DNA of 64,000 nt from the human T2T-CHM13v2.0 reference genome, Homo sapiens: NCBI RefSeq assembly GCF_009914755.1, contig NC_060947.1, one strand, 5' to 3'. Both the position numbers and the translations under genes were made by a program. The notes beneath the pieces are model-generated. The model saw only the letters and a program-made list of their open reading frames with translations, was not told the DNA's origin and ran no database searches. This document shows, piece after piece, positions 32,453-49,552 of the stretch (within the stretch, counting starts at the first letter, position 1; each line of letters opens with the position of its first letter).

Positions 32453-35400
32453 GAGCTTACTCCATCTTGACCAAAACTGGAATTCATCTTTTTACTTGTA
32501 AACTCCCTGTATGTTTATATTTAATGTGAGTCTCTTATGGACAACATATAGTTGACTTTTTATTCAGTCTCACAATTTCTGGCTTTAAATTTGGATGTTT
32601 GGATAATTTTCATCTAATGTAATCATGGTAATGTTCAGGTTTAAATCTACCATTTTGCTACTTGTATTCTATTTGTTCTATTTGCTCTCTAGTTCTTTTT
32701 ATCTTCTTTTCTTGCCTTCTTTTGGAGTAATTGAATTATGATTTAATTTTATCTCCACTGTTGGCTTACTAGCTATACTTCTTTGTTTTCAGTGGTTGCA
32801 CCAGATTGTGCTTATTGTATCCTACCTTAAAATAATATCATACTACTTCACATGTAGTGTAAGAACCACACAACAACACACTTTGATTTTGTCTCTCTCA
32901 TCCTTTGTGCCATTGTTTTCACACATTTTACTTTTACATATACTATAAACCTCCTAATTATTGTTATTTTTGCTTTACATAGTTATTTATCTTTTAAGAA
33001 GAATTAAAAAATGATTACATATCTTTCATATTTACCATTTATAGTGTTATTTCTTTGTGTAAATCAAAGTTTGCTCTGGTATCATTGTCTTTCTGCCTGA
33101 AGAGCTTAATTTAAAATTTCTTGCAGTGTAAGTCTGCTGGTAATGAATTCTCTGTTTTTGTTTGCCTGAAAAGGTCTTTTTAAAGAGTTCAGCTTTGAAA
33201 AACAATTTCACTGGGTGAAGGATTCTAGGCTGACAGATTTTTTTTTTCTTTCATCACTTCAAATATGTCACTCCCCTGTCTTTTGAATAGTGTAGTTTCT
33301 GATGATATATCTGTAATTATTCTTACCTTTGTTCTGCTATATAATATGCCTTTAATTTGGCTGCCTTTAGCATTTTCTCTTTATCACTGGTTTAAAGGAA
33401 TTAGGTTATGGTATGCCTTAGTATGGTTTTCACTGTGTTTGTCTTGTTTGAGGTTTGTTGACTTTTTTGAATTATCAAGTTTATAATTTTCAATAAATTG
33501 GTAAATTTTTGGTCATAATTTCTTCAAATTATTTTTTGCCTTTATGTCCTTTGGGAGTTCCAATGCTCTGTTCACTTATTTTCAGTCTTTTTCTCTCTAT
33601 GCTTCATTTTCAATGGCTTCTGTTGCTTAGTCTTTAAGTTTACTGATCTTTTTCTGCAGTGTCTAATCTGTTCTTAATCCCATCTAGTATTCTTTTAAAT
33701 TTAGATACTGTATTTTTAATCTTCAGAGCTTTCATTTTTTTATTTCTGTCCTGGTTTTAGTTATTTGATTCTTCTGTTTTGTTTGGTGAGTCTAGCTAAT
33801 TTCTCAATTTTGTAGATCTTTTCAAAGACTAAACTTCTGGTTTTATTGATTTTCTCTATTGTTTTTCATGATTTCATTAATCTCTGTCTTAATCTTTATT
33901 AATTCCTTTCTTCTGCTTGCTTTAGGTTTAGTTTGCTCTTTTTAGAGTGTCTTAAGGTAGAAAGTTATTGACTTCAGATCTTTCTTCTTTTTAAATATAT
34001 ACATTTACAGCTGTAAACATCCCTTTAAGCACTATTTTAGTTGCATCTCATAAGTTTTGGTATGTTGTCTTCATTTTTATTCATCTCAAAATATTTTCTA
34101 ATTTCCAGTTTGATTTTTTTCATTGACCTATTGGTTATTTAGGAGTATGCTACTTCATTTACACATATTTTTAATTTCCCAACTTTATTTCTGTTATTGA
34201 TTGCTGATTTTATTCCATTGTAGTCAGAAAACATACTTTGTATGATTTATGTTCATTTAAATTTATTGAGGATTGTTTTATGGCCTAGCATATGGTCTAA
34301 CCTGGAGAATGTTCCATGTGCATTTCAGAAGAATATACCTTCTACTCTTGTTGGATAGAGTGTTATATTGATGTCTGTAAGGTATATTTGGTTTATAATT
34401 TTGTTCAAGTCTTCTGTATCCTCTTGGTCTTCTGCCTAGTTTTTCTATTCATTACTGAAAGTGGGATATTGAAGTTTCCAACTATTACTGTTGAGTTGTC
34501 TGTTTCTTTCTTCAAATTTGTTAGATTTTGCTTCATGTATTTTGGGGTCTGTTGTATGTACATGATTTTTAATTGTTATGTCTTCCTAATGGGTTGATCA
34601 TTATATCACTACATAATATCCCTGTTTATCTTTGGTAAACATTTTATCTTAAAGTATGTTTTGTTTGACATTAATATTGCCACTCCAACATTTTTATGGT
34701 TGCTGCTTACATACTATATCTTTTCCATTATTTTACTTTCAACCAATTTGTGTTTTTTAATCTAAAATATCTGTCTTACAGAAAGCTTATAGTTTAACCT
34801 TATTTTTTAAAAAAAAGTCTGATAATCTCTGACTTTTGATTGGATTGTTTAGTCATATTTAATTTTATTATTGATGTAGTTGGATTTATATCTGCCACTT
34901 TGCTTTTGACCCTCTATATCTTTTGTCTTCTTTGTTCCTCTATTTGTACTTCTGCTTTCTTTTGAATTAAATGAATATTTTTCTGGTATAACATTTTAAT
35001 TCCTTTTATGATTTTTTCACTATATATTTTTAATCACTTTCACAGTGGTTGCTGTATGGCTTACCATATATGTCTTAATTTATCATGATCTAGTTCATTT
35101 TTTACTAGCTTAATTTCAGTGAGATATAGACACTTTACTCCTAGGTAGGTCTAGTCCCTCCTCACTTTTGATGCTTTTATTGTTATACACATTACACACA
35201 CACAAACACATATACAACACACATGCACATATATATTACAAATCAAGCAAAAACATTGTTATATGTATTGCCTTATATAATTTGTATATTTTAAAGAAGC
35301 TGAGAGAACAAAGAAGAGCAATTACATTTATATAGAGTGTATTATATTAACCTTTATATTGCCTTTTTTGGTTCTCTTTATTTTTTCCTGTAGATTCAAG

Positions 35401-38387
35401 TTACCACTTGCTATCATTGCCTTACTTCAGTACAGCTTGTTCTCACCCACCTGTGTGGTGCTGTTATTGTCAAATTAATATATTTCTATATGTAATAAGC
35501 CCAATAATTCAATTATATACCTATTGTTTTGTATAATTAAATTAGTTCAAAGAAGAAAGAATAAACATATACATTTTACTGTCTTTCTAAGTGTATAATT
35601 ACCTTTACAAAACACTCTGTGTTTTTCTCTATGGGATCAAATTACCACCAAGGATTAGGCTTTTTTAGCCTGAAGAGTTTCTTCAGTATTTCTTATAGGT
35701 CATGTATGCTAGCAACACATTATCTGTCTTTGTTTATATAGGACTATCTATATCATCATCATTTTTGAAAGATATTTTTTTCTGGAGAAAATATTCTTGG
35801 TTGATGGTGTTTTTTTTTGTTTGTTTCCTTTCATTACCTTGAAAATATCACTCTGTTGCCTTTTAGCCTCCATTGTCTCTAATGGGAAGTCAGCTGTTAA
35901 ACCTATTGGGTTCCCTTGTATGTGATGAGTTGTTTTTCTCTAGTTACTTTCAAGATTTTAACTTTGTCTTTCAGCATTTCTGCTATGATGTGTTTGGGTG
36001 TAGATCTCATTGCTTTTATCTTACTTGGAGTTTGTTGAGCTTTTTGTATTTGTAGGTTAATATTTTTCACCAAATTTAGGATGTTTTTTAACATTATTTT
36101 TTCTAATAGTTTTTCTGCCTCTTTCTCTCTTGTCTCCCTCTAGTACTCCATTACATTTATTCAGTGTATTTAATGGAGTCCTGCATTGCTCTGAGGCTCT
36201 TTTAATTATTCTTCATTCTTTCTTTTCTTTCTTATCTTGGATTGCATAATCTGTTGATCTTTCTTCAGATTCACTGATTCTTTCCTCTGCCTGTCAAATC
36301 TACTGTTGAACCCCTCTCATGAATTTTTCATTTTAGTTATTATACTTTTCAACTCTACAACTTCCATATATATTTTTTTCTATTTCATATATATAGAAAA
36401 TATATATGTAATATATTATATGCAATTTCTGTGTATTATTGGGATTCTGTATTTGATGCGGCATTGTTATCATAGCTTCCTTTACTTCTTTAGCCATGGT
36501 TTCCTTTAGTTTTTTGAACATATTTATAATACTTGCCTTGAAGACTTTGTCTACCAAGTCTAACACCTGAGCTTCCCTAAGACAGTTTCTCTTGCCTACT
36601 TTTTAAAAAGCTGTGTGTGAGTCACACTTTACCCATTCTTTGCATGTTTTGTAATTTTTTGTTGAAAACTGGGAATTTTTGATAATATAGCAATCTGGAT
36701 AATATTTACCACCAACACCCCCTTCCCCAGTTCAAGATTTGTTGTTATTGTTTGCTAGTTGTTTAGTGATTTGGATGTAGTAGTTCAGTGAAGTCTACTT
36801 TCCCTACACTATGAAGTCTCTGATGTCACCTCAGAAGGCACAAGGTTTCTTATGTGCACAATCACCTTGGGATGGCATTGGTTTTTATCAGGGCTCTATT
36901 TGATGGTTTCTTTTTCTGATCTCTCTGTTGTCAGTCTATTGGTATCATACATAGTCAGCTATTAGCCAACATTAGTTGCCAACTGGTTGTTCTATTGTTT
37001 TTGTCAATGTATGGGGCATAAATTGCTCAATCTGATCCAATTAAATTCAGCACCTTTTGTATAGGTAGTTTTGAGACTAGTATTTGAAGTTTACTCTGAT
37101 TCCAAGACACCTCTTGGAACACATCTAAGCATGTGTCTTTCCCTGATTCTCTTACATATGTATCTAGCTGATGTATGGTTTAGCTTGTTGCTGTCTTAAA
37201 GTAACCAGCCCTTTCTTAATTACTCACCACCAAAATCTCCATTGTTTCCACAGAGCTCTGAGGTCTGAACTTACTCATGCTCTGTTCCAAATAAAGTCAG
37301 TTCCCTAGGGGAGAGTTTTGGAGTCTTCTGTTCTTATGGTCTTCCTGCCCCCTGGGGAAAACATCTGCATTACTCCTCCAGAGCTGGCAGCTTAGACAGT
37401 AGCCTGCTTTTCTTGCAGTTACACCCCCTACTTTATTGATGGGATTGGCAGCTTTTGAGTTTCCCAGCTTTTCTCTCCTGGTGTAGAATCTTGCCTTATG
37501 AGTGAGCTGAGATAAGGGTATTTGAGGCCCAGTATTCTTGGCCATCCATGCCTTGGGTGGAACTTCTGTCCTACAAGTGGTAAGTGTGTAGAGTCAGAGC
37601 CATGCCCACCTGGATTAGAGTTTATGAAACACAGGTTTGGGTGTAGGTAAGAAATGTTGGCATCCTACCCTACCCCGTGTGACACCGTAATCCTAGGCTG
37701 TGAGCTGGAGGGAGATGGAACTCTGTGTTTTTGGCTGTAATTGCCCAAAGTAGAGTTTCTGTTACACTGATCTGGGGAAATAGAGATGGGGTAAGAGAAG
37801 CAGGAGATGAATTGTGTCTTAAATGTCACAGACTGACATTGCTGTTACCAAAATGTAGTAGATTTTCTTGAAGAAATATTTCTTCATTTTCTGTATGCTT
37901 TTAGGACAGTTTCCAAAGACTTTTAGCAGTTGTTGCTTTTTTATAATTTTCACAAACTGTGGTTGTTTAACTAGGTTGAGAGTCTGTCCAGCACTTCATG
38001 CCACTATCCTGGAAGTCATTCCCCATATTGTTTTTCTGACGGTTCTTTTCCTCAACTTTTGGTAGCTCCCTCTCACATAGATGCAGATTTGGTAATCAGC
38101 CAATACTCACCATGCTCTGTTACAGTTTTCTCTTCTTGCCTGTGGCCTGGATAGTACTTCTATGCAGTAAACTAGGGCAATAATTGGGCTTACCTTGTTT
38201 GGTTCTGTTTTCTTGGGGGTCACAGTCCTGTGCTACCTGTTGTGTAATATCTGAAATAAATGATATTTTTTATGGCTTTCCAGTTGTTTAAGGAAGAAGG
38301 ATAAATCTGGTCCCTTCTACTACATCCTGGCTGTAAGTTAGATTCCCAGTCCAGTACTCTTCATCTCCTCTTTTTTCTTTACCTGAT

Positions 38388-38590
38388 TAGGAGCTGAGAC
38401 TTGAGATTTGAATTCTGGCTCCCCACCGGTTAAGGCAAGTCACCTCATTTTTTTCCTACCTCATTTTTCTCTACAAAGTGGAACTAATACAAGTACTTCC
38501 CTTTTACTGTTTTTGTGAGAATTGAGTTAATGTTTGTTAAGTGTTTATAACAGAATATGGCCAATAGGAAACTCAAATAAGTTTTAGCCA
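38388..38590 (+). mobile_element. MIR
   Basis: TTTGAATTCTGGCTCC...GGCAAGTCAC...GTGAGAATTGAGTTAATG...CTCAAATAAGTTTTAGC. Confidence 0.7.
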
Positions 38591-38660
38591 CTACTACCAC
38601 CACCATCACCACTGCCGCCGTTGCTACTACTACTACTGCTGCTGCTACTACTACTACTTC
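38589..38660. repeat. Compound trinucleotide repeat (CTA/CCA/CTG)
   Basis: CACTACTACCACCACCATCACCACTGCCGCCGTTGCTACTACTACTACTGCTGCTGCTACTACTACTACT at the MIR tail. Confidence 0.85.
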
Positions 38661-39569
38661 CCATGTATCACTGGAGAAATTGTCTAAGGCATTGCTTATG
38701 GTACAGATATGGAAGAGGACTGGACCATAATATTTAGTAGATACTGCTGGATTTTAAACATTATATAGTAGTTGGTTTTTTGTATGTGTGAACTCTCATT
38801 TGTTTGTATTAATGTGCAAACTTAAGATGATAGAACTTCAGAGCTGGAAGAGATCACCTGTGTCAATCACGAGCAAAATTAGGTACATAGAGCTGATTCC
38901 CTGGGCTAAGATCATGTAACAAGTTCATCTCTGACTTCCATTAAGTGCTGTTAGTGTCACACCATGATACCACTTGCCTCTTCTGTATCTAATGTCCTCC
39001 TCCACCATCATCCAAGGGAAAATTGTGCTAATAGTTCTCTACAATTGGGTAAATTTAAAAATTGAGGTAAAACCAAAGATAGTGTTAACTGCCCACATGA
39101 ACTCTTAGGGTAGTTCAACCTAGGTAAGTAAATGTGTTCAATATCCAGGCATTAGTAGACCATCCATAGCCTGTTTCTATTTATAAAGATCTGGAAATAG
39201 TTAAGGTGGCTAATTTTGGAAATGTATTTCATTTCCATCTGGTCTGAATCAATGAACTTAAACTTCATGCTATGTGGGATGGAGACATTTTATGAGATAC
39301 CAGATTTAAAGACTATTATATAATGTTCCCAGAGTCTTCTTTTGGTATTACAAGATAAGTTTAATTATCTGTGCACAAGTGATATGATATCAGTAATATC
39401 TGATGAAGAAGCAAGTGGATGCCTCCTGTTGACTTGGATATCCTTCTTTGAGCCTTCAAGCCTTCCCTGTATGATGTTCTCTGTCAGGAGAACAGTGCAT
39501 TTGGTGCTTTACTTTAGTACTCTTGAGCATATTAAGGTGATATGATAGCACTGGCAACCTGTTTCTGAA

Positions 39570-39790
39570 TATCTGTGTGCCAAGGCATTGCTCTAAATTC
39601 TAAACCCTTTCCCCACATTATCTCATTTTAATCATCACAGAAACATTCCAAAATAGGTATTCCAGTTTTATAGAGGAATGAAACTGAGGCTCAAAACAGT
39701 GAAGTATCTTGTCCAAGATTATGTAGAAGGCCAGGAACAGATGTGGAATTCTGACACAGAGTGTCTGACTCTGAAGCCCCGTGTTTCCCA
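39570..39790 (-). mobile_element. MIR
   Basis: GTTTTATAGAGGAATGAAACTGAGGCTCAAAACAGTGAAGTATCTTGTCCAAG...GTCTGACTCTGAAGCC. Confidence 0.8.
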
Positions 39791-40129
39791 TAGGGGTTAT
39801 CATTGGAATTAGCACTGAAATCATTGGTCATAGTACTGCTACTAAATGCAAAGCTCTACTACTAAAACTTTTAAAGGCAATGTTGTAAAGATACTACCGT
39901 GTATCTTTGCACCCAGAAGATTAATAGGAGGAACAAGTAATTAAAGGTTTCATGTTAGATAAGACTTTGGTGAAAGAATGCAAGAAGCTAAAGTAGTACT
40001 ATGGGCTTAAACCCCCAAATGGTATCCATCTATTGGTTTTACCAGCCAGCAGGTGGTCTTCAAGAAAGGAGGATGTTTTGGTTAAGCAAAAAGACGTTGT
40101 GGTTTAGAGTAGCAAGGGTTGGTTGCAGT

Positions 40130-40325
40130 TAGTGCTGCGAGGTGCTTTATGTACTTCTCATTCGATCCTTATAATGGTGCTTTAAATTAGGTTGTATCAT
40201 CCTCATTTTCAGAAGACGAAGTTGAAACTTAATAACTTGCCTACGGGCACAGGCTGTTATAGAATTTGGCAGTCGCTCCCCAGGTCTGCCTACTCTGAGC
40301 CTGTGTCCTTTCCTCTCTCTCACTC
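40130..40325 (-). mobile_element. MIR
   Basis: TCCTCATTTTCAGAAGACG...TAACTTGCCTACGGGCACAG...CCCAGGTCTGCC. Confidence 0.7.
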
Positions 40326-41087
40326 TGCCTGAAGTCACGTCCAGGTAGCATCATATCTGCTACTATCTCGTTTTCCTCTTCGCTTTGGACTTCAGATTAT
40401 TTTTCAATGGATAGAGAGAAGGTATATTTCTCTATTACTTAAAATTTTTTCATTGGACAGATATGTGGGATTCTTACATCACAATTCATCTGGAGTCAGT
40501 GAAGGGCAGGAATGGGTATCTGGAGCAGTTTTCACATACTAATTAACATATCCAGTTTCTATGCTTTACCTTGGAATTCTATCATTCATGATAACACTCA
40601 TTATTTCAGGCTGATCACAAGTTCTGATGGGTAGCTATATATGTTTTTGACTGATGAAACCTAAAGAATAGTTCATTAATGGATGCCATTCGTCTAGGAA
40701 ATTAAATCTTCAAAAATTGGGTCTTTTTGGGAAAATAGAATAAAAGAACCTTTGGTAAAAAGGTAGTTCTTGTAGTTGATAGTACTTGGGATTAGTGATC
40801 TTGCAAGTTAATGATCCTGAGTCCTGCCTCCCATTAACCTTTAATGTCAGCTGTCACAAAAAAACAAAACCAAAAAATGGCTATGAGCTTAAAAAATCAT
40901 TTTACTTTTGCTTTCCTGTGTTCTGGTTCATCAAAGCAGTCTTTTCTTTGCTCGTTAAGAAAAAAGAGACCCTGCAAATAAAATACTAAAAACCTCACTA
41001 GTGGAGTTGACTTATCAGTGTTCCAAAATATTTAGTGCTCCAGAAAATTCAATCATAAAAACTAAATTATGAAAATGAAGATCTTCT

Positions 41088-41385
41088 GGCTGGGCATGGT
41101 GGCTCACACCTGTAATCTCAGCACTTTCAGAGGCCAAGGTGGGCAGATCACCAGAGGTCAGGGGTTTGAGACCAGCCTAGCCAACATGGTGAAACCTCAT
41201 CTCTACTAAAAATAGAAATACTAGCCAGGTGTGGTAGTGGGCACCTGTAATCCCAGCTACTCAAGAGGCTGAGGCAGGAGAATCACTTGAACCTGGAGGA
41301 AGAGGTTGCAGTGAGCCAAGATCACACCACTGCACTGCAGCCTGGGTGACAGAGCGAGCCTCCGTCTCAAGAAGAAAAGGAAAAA
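41088..41385 (+). mobile_element. AluSx-like
   Basis: Full dimer; TSD GAAAAT(G/T)AAGATCTTC at 41071-41086 and 41386-41401. Confidence 0.95.
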
Positions 41386-41399
41386 GAAAATTAAGATCT

Positions 41400-41570
41400 T
41401 CCACTCCTTCCCTCCTTCTCCTACTGCCTTCCTCTCTTCCCCTCCTCTCCCTCTTCCTTCCCCCACTTATTTTCTCATTCTCTTGCTCTCATTCTCTCTT
41501 TTGTTCCCTCATTTTCTCTGCCTTTCTCATTCTCTTTCTTTCTCTGTCTCTCTCTTATTTTCTCTCTCAC
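41400..41570. repeat. CT-rich low-complexity polypyrimidine tract
   Basis: ~170 nt almost entirely C/T. Confidence 0.85.
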
Positions 41571-41642
41571 ATTGTTTGCACTGTAGCTGCCTCTCCTTTA
41601 TGTGAACACTAAGCAATATCATGTTTGCCCCAGGTTGCCATG

Positions 41643-41706
41643 GAAATGTTGCAAGTAGGCCTTTTAAGGAAGCTGACTTGCTCCATTAGTGAAATCATAC
41701 TCAAAT
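41643..41706 (+). repeat. 64-bp dispersed direct repeat, copy 1 (probable donor)
   Basis: 62/64 identical to 43351-43414. Confidence 0.95.
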
Positions 41707-42389
41707 TTTCTGAGGATGGTAATTTAGGAATATTTCTACATAGAGATAAGGGCTCAGAAGTCTGAAGTCTAGGCACACCTCCCAACCCCAACTTCTATTC
41801 TCCTACATATACAGTTTTCTTCCATTGTGTCTTCTTGGAGACCTGGGTATGATTTTATTGAGGGCATATGTGGATTTCTTTAGACTTCTATTATTCTCTG
41901 ATTTTTTTTAGTCCACAGAACAGTGACTTCCAGTATGCCCTTTTTCAGAGCAGAAGGGAAGGGTATAAATTGAAGTTTGGGGCATATAAAACCTGGCTTA
42001 AGGTGGAAACAAAAGTGTTTTACAGTGAGGGAGAGAAATCTTGACTCCTGCAAACGCATGCAGGTAGAAAAAGGTGAAGATTTTATCTGGTAAAAGGGAT
42101 TCCTACCCTCCTCTTTGCCCTCCGCACCAAAATAAAAAAGAAAGAAATTGAAAAGATTCACCATCCTCCGGATGGTGAGGAGAGAAATGAGTCATATGTT
42201 CTTGGCCTCTAGGGATGGGATGAAGGAAATACTTGGTACTGCTGCAGCCCCAATGGAAAGGGATTTAATGCCCAGTATAGCAATAGAGAAGGGCAACTTT
42301 AGGAAGGCCCAAGTTTCATTAAGAGGTTTAACACTCTAGCAGAGGCATCCTCTATGCACTGCAGTGAATAGCAGCTTCTCCCTCACACA

Positions 42390-43200
42390 AATATGTTCTG
42401 AGGTTCTAGGCACTGGAGATAGAGTTATGAATAGATACAATTCCCTCCCTTCCTAGAGTACATAGTCCTACTGGGAGAGGCAGGCAACAGATTTCAAAAA
42501 TTGCTAAGAAAATATCAGATGGTAATAAACAAGAAGAAAGAAATAAACAGGATAGTGAGAAAAAAGCTAGTAATGATGGAAAGGATACTCATGATAGGAT
42601 GGTTAGAACTCTTCTTTGAGGAGATAACATTTAAACTGAGACTTATAGATGAGAAGGAACTAGCCACACAAAGAGCCAGGAGAGAAACAGTATTCAGATA
42701 GAGAAAAAAGCAAATTCGAAAGCCCTGAAATAAGAAGTGTTTGGCCTTTCTTAGGAACCAAGGGAAAGTATGAGCAGTGTGAAATATTGGCAGAGGCCAG
42801 ATTATGCAGATTGGGATTTATAAGCCATGTACAAGGAATGTGGATTTTATTCTGAGTGCAGTTAAAAGATATTGTGGGATTTTAAACTGGAGTGCAACCT
42901 ATCAGATTGTGCTTTAACATGATTACTGTCTGCAGAGTGGACAGTGGATTGAAAGAGGTCAGCAGTGGAAGCAGAAATATTGGTGGGGAGGCTACTGCCT
43001 TTTTCCAAGGAAGAGATAAGGTGATCTTGGATTAGAATGATAACAATGAAGGTGAAGGGAAGTGGAAGGATTTTGGTTATAATTTGAAGATAGAGTCAAC
43101 AGGGCTTGCCCATGGGTTAGATGGGGGGATAGAGGAAAAGAAAGAAAAGACTGTTTTCCTTTCTGGTTTTAGTAACTGGGTAGCTTAAAATGGAGTGTTG
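42390..43200 (-). mobile_element. L2 fragment
   Basis: CTAGGCACTGGAGATAGAG...GAGGAGATAACATTTAAACTGAGAC...GGATTTTATTCTGAGTGCAG...GAAGATAGAGTCAACAGGGCTTG. Confidence 0.8.
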
Positions 43201-43350
43201 GAAGGGTGGTGGTTAGGATTTGCAAGTGAGACAGCGATTTGGAAAAGGAGAAGTCTGCGTGAGACTGGCAGAGTCCTGAAATTGACAGATCAAGAGCAGT
43301 TAATTCAGCCACTGCCCTGCTGGTAAGGAGGGCAGTGAGAGAAAATGAGA

Positions 43351-43414
43351 GAAATGTTGCAAATAGGCCTTTTAAGGAAGCTGACTTACTCCATTAGTGA
43401 AATCATACTCAAAT
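43351..43414 (+). repeat. 64-bp dispersed direct repeat, copy 2 (probable templated insertion)
   Basis: 62/64 identical to 41643-41706; ends in tandem AAATCATACTC x2 (43400-43421). Confidence 0.95.
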
Positions 43415-44014
43415 CATACTCCTGGAGGAAAGAAGTAGGTCCCTGGAGGAGACTGAAGGTGAGAAGCTGCTCAGCCCACTCTTGTGGTAGGGGAAGCAGT
43501 TAACAGATGCAGAAGAGATTCTGCCTGGTTCAGGAGAGAATGGGAAAACTTGGAGTTCCAAGATTTGGTGGAGGAGGGTGGGTTGAGGTTCTTGTTGCCT
43601 TTGTTGTGATCAGGTACCTCAATTTTAATCCTCAGGCTGATGGAATCCAGAGAAACACCTGTTGAATCTGTAATAGGAAAAATCACTGGAAATGAAAACC
43701 ACACTCTTCTATTTATAAAAGAGGGTTGATTTGATAAAGGGATGAGAAATAAGATGATTTGCAAAGTTCTGTTTCCGACTACTCATGACCACAGGGATAG
43801 GCAAAGGTTTATTACCAAGGACTGTGCTAAAAAAGCCCGTCGTGTGATATGTTGTAAGTTTGCATCACGTAAACAAAATTAGGATATGTGCTGCTGGTTG
43901 CCTTTAAGGAATTATAACTTCAATATTATACTTTTTTTAAAAAATGAAAAAAGAAAAGAAAGGCATCTTTAGGATAATCAATACACCAACTGTGACTTGT
44001 CTCCTTTAGGAAGA

Positions 44015-44250
44015 TGGCATAGCATAATAGCTTAAAAGCATGGACTCTTGAGCTGCCTGGGTTCTAATCTCTGCTTTACCACTTACCCGCAGCATGGTCT
44101 TGGGTCAGTTAGTTAACATTCTTTAAGCCTAAGCTTTTAAATCTGTAAAATAAGGATGTAGAGCCTCCCTCATAAGGTTGTTTTGATGATAAAATATGTT
44201 GATATTTATAAAGTACTTAAAACAGTACCCATGTCAGTGTTTGTTAAATA
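44015..44250 (+). mobile_element. MIR
   Basis: GCATGGACTCTTGAGCTGCCTGGGTTCTAATC...ATCTGTAAAATAAGGATG...CCTCATAAGGTTGTT. Confidence 0.8.
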
Positions 44251-44326
44251 AGATAAAATGAATAAGCATTTGAATAGGAGGCAAATCGAAGAAATGTAAG
44301 ACTAGCCCAAAATACAGGGTCATTTT

Positions 44327-44942
44327 TTTTTAATTATACTTTAAGTTTTAGGGTACATGTGCACATTGTGCAGGTTAGTTACATATGTATACATGTGCCA
44401 TGCTGGTGCGCTGCACCCACTAACTCGTCATCTAGCATTAGGTATATCTCCCAGTGCTATCCCTCCCCCCTCCCCCCTCCCCACCACAGTCCCCAGAGTG
44501 TGATATTCCCCTTCCTGTGTCCATGTGATCTCATTGTTCAATTCCCACCTATGAGTGAGAATATGCGGTGTTTGGTTTTTTGTTCTTGCGATAGTTTACT
44601 GAGAATGATGGTTTCCAATTTCATCCATGTCCCTACAAAGGACATGAACTCATCATTTCTTATGGCTGCATAGTATTCCATGGTGTATATGTGCCACATT
44701 TTCTTAATCCAGTCTATCATTGTTGGACATTTGGGTTGGTTCCAAGTCTTTGCTATTGTGAATAATGCCGCAATAAACATACGTGTGCATGTGTCTTTAT
44801 AGCAGCATGATTTATAGTCATTTGGGTATATACCCAGTAATGGGATGGCTGGGTCAAATGGTATTTCTAGTTCTAGATCCCTGAGGAATCACCACACTGA
44901 CTTCCACAATGGTTGAACTAGTTTACAGTCCCACCAACAGTG
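44327..44942 (-). mobile_element. L1PA2 LINE-1, 5'-truncated (~0.6 kb)
   Basis: 3'UTR reads GCTAGATGACGAGTTAGTGGGTGCAGCGCACCAGC (GAG, not the Ta ACA) and CTTAAAGTATAAT; perfect 17-bp TSD AAATACAGGGTCATTTT at 44310-44326 and 44943-44959. Confidence 0.93.
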
Positions 44943-45616
44943 AAATACAGGGTCATTTTATAGAGCCGGCAGGACAAAGAAAGCAGTCAGCTGACAGTTG
45001 AAACTCAGGTCTGGAGTAGCCAGCATTGGTTCTGAAGTAGGACAATGGTGCTTGTTATGACTTCATTAGTCTCTTCTTGGCTGCAGGAAAAGAGCTGATA
45101 AAGACCTTTTGAGGCCCAGAGACAGGTAAAGTATCCCTAGATCTCTAACAACACTAAACTACATACAAATAACACAGATAACTTTCCGTTGACATAGGAC
45201 TAATAGGATTTTAGTTCCAGAAAAATCACTGTTTTTCCGAAGTTCATTATGAATCCCAATGTGTCTTTTAGAAACTTTTTAGAAACTTCCTCTCACTAAG
45301 GTTTCTTTTTTTTTTTTTTTTTTTTTGGTTGGGGAGAGGGGGCCATCGCTTCTGTCGGAAGAATAGACAAAATAAAACAAGTTAGTTTTCTTTTTCTTTT
45401 TTTTATGATTATACTTTAAGTTCTAGGGTACATGTGTACAACGTGCAGGTTTGTTACATATGTATACATGTGCCATGTTGGTGTGCTGCACCTGTTAACT
45501 TGTCATTTACATTAGGTATATCTCCTAATGCTATCCCTCCCCCTCCCCCTCCCCCCACCCCATGACAGGCCCCGGTGTATGATGTTCCCCTCCCTATGTA
45601 CAAGTGTTCTCATTGT

Positions 45617-49489
<3,873 letters not shown>

Positions 49490-49552
49490 TATGATGTTAG
49501 CTGGTTATTTTGCTTGTTAGTTGATGCACTTTCTTCCTAGCATTGATGGTCT

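Noticed and set aside
41643-43414. The 64-bp direct repeats as LTRs or a TSD of a new 1.7-kb element, or as a CRISPR-like repeat
   Set aside because: Only two copies, no TG...CA ends, PBS or PPT, too long for a TSD, and the intervening DNA includes ancient L2 far more diverged than the repeats.
45306-45360. ATCGCTTCT next to a poly-T as a U2 snRNA pseudogene
   Set aside because: Only 9 nt match the U2 5' end (ATCGCTTCTCGGCC) before diverging, the poly-T is on the wrong side, and there is no TSD.
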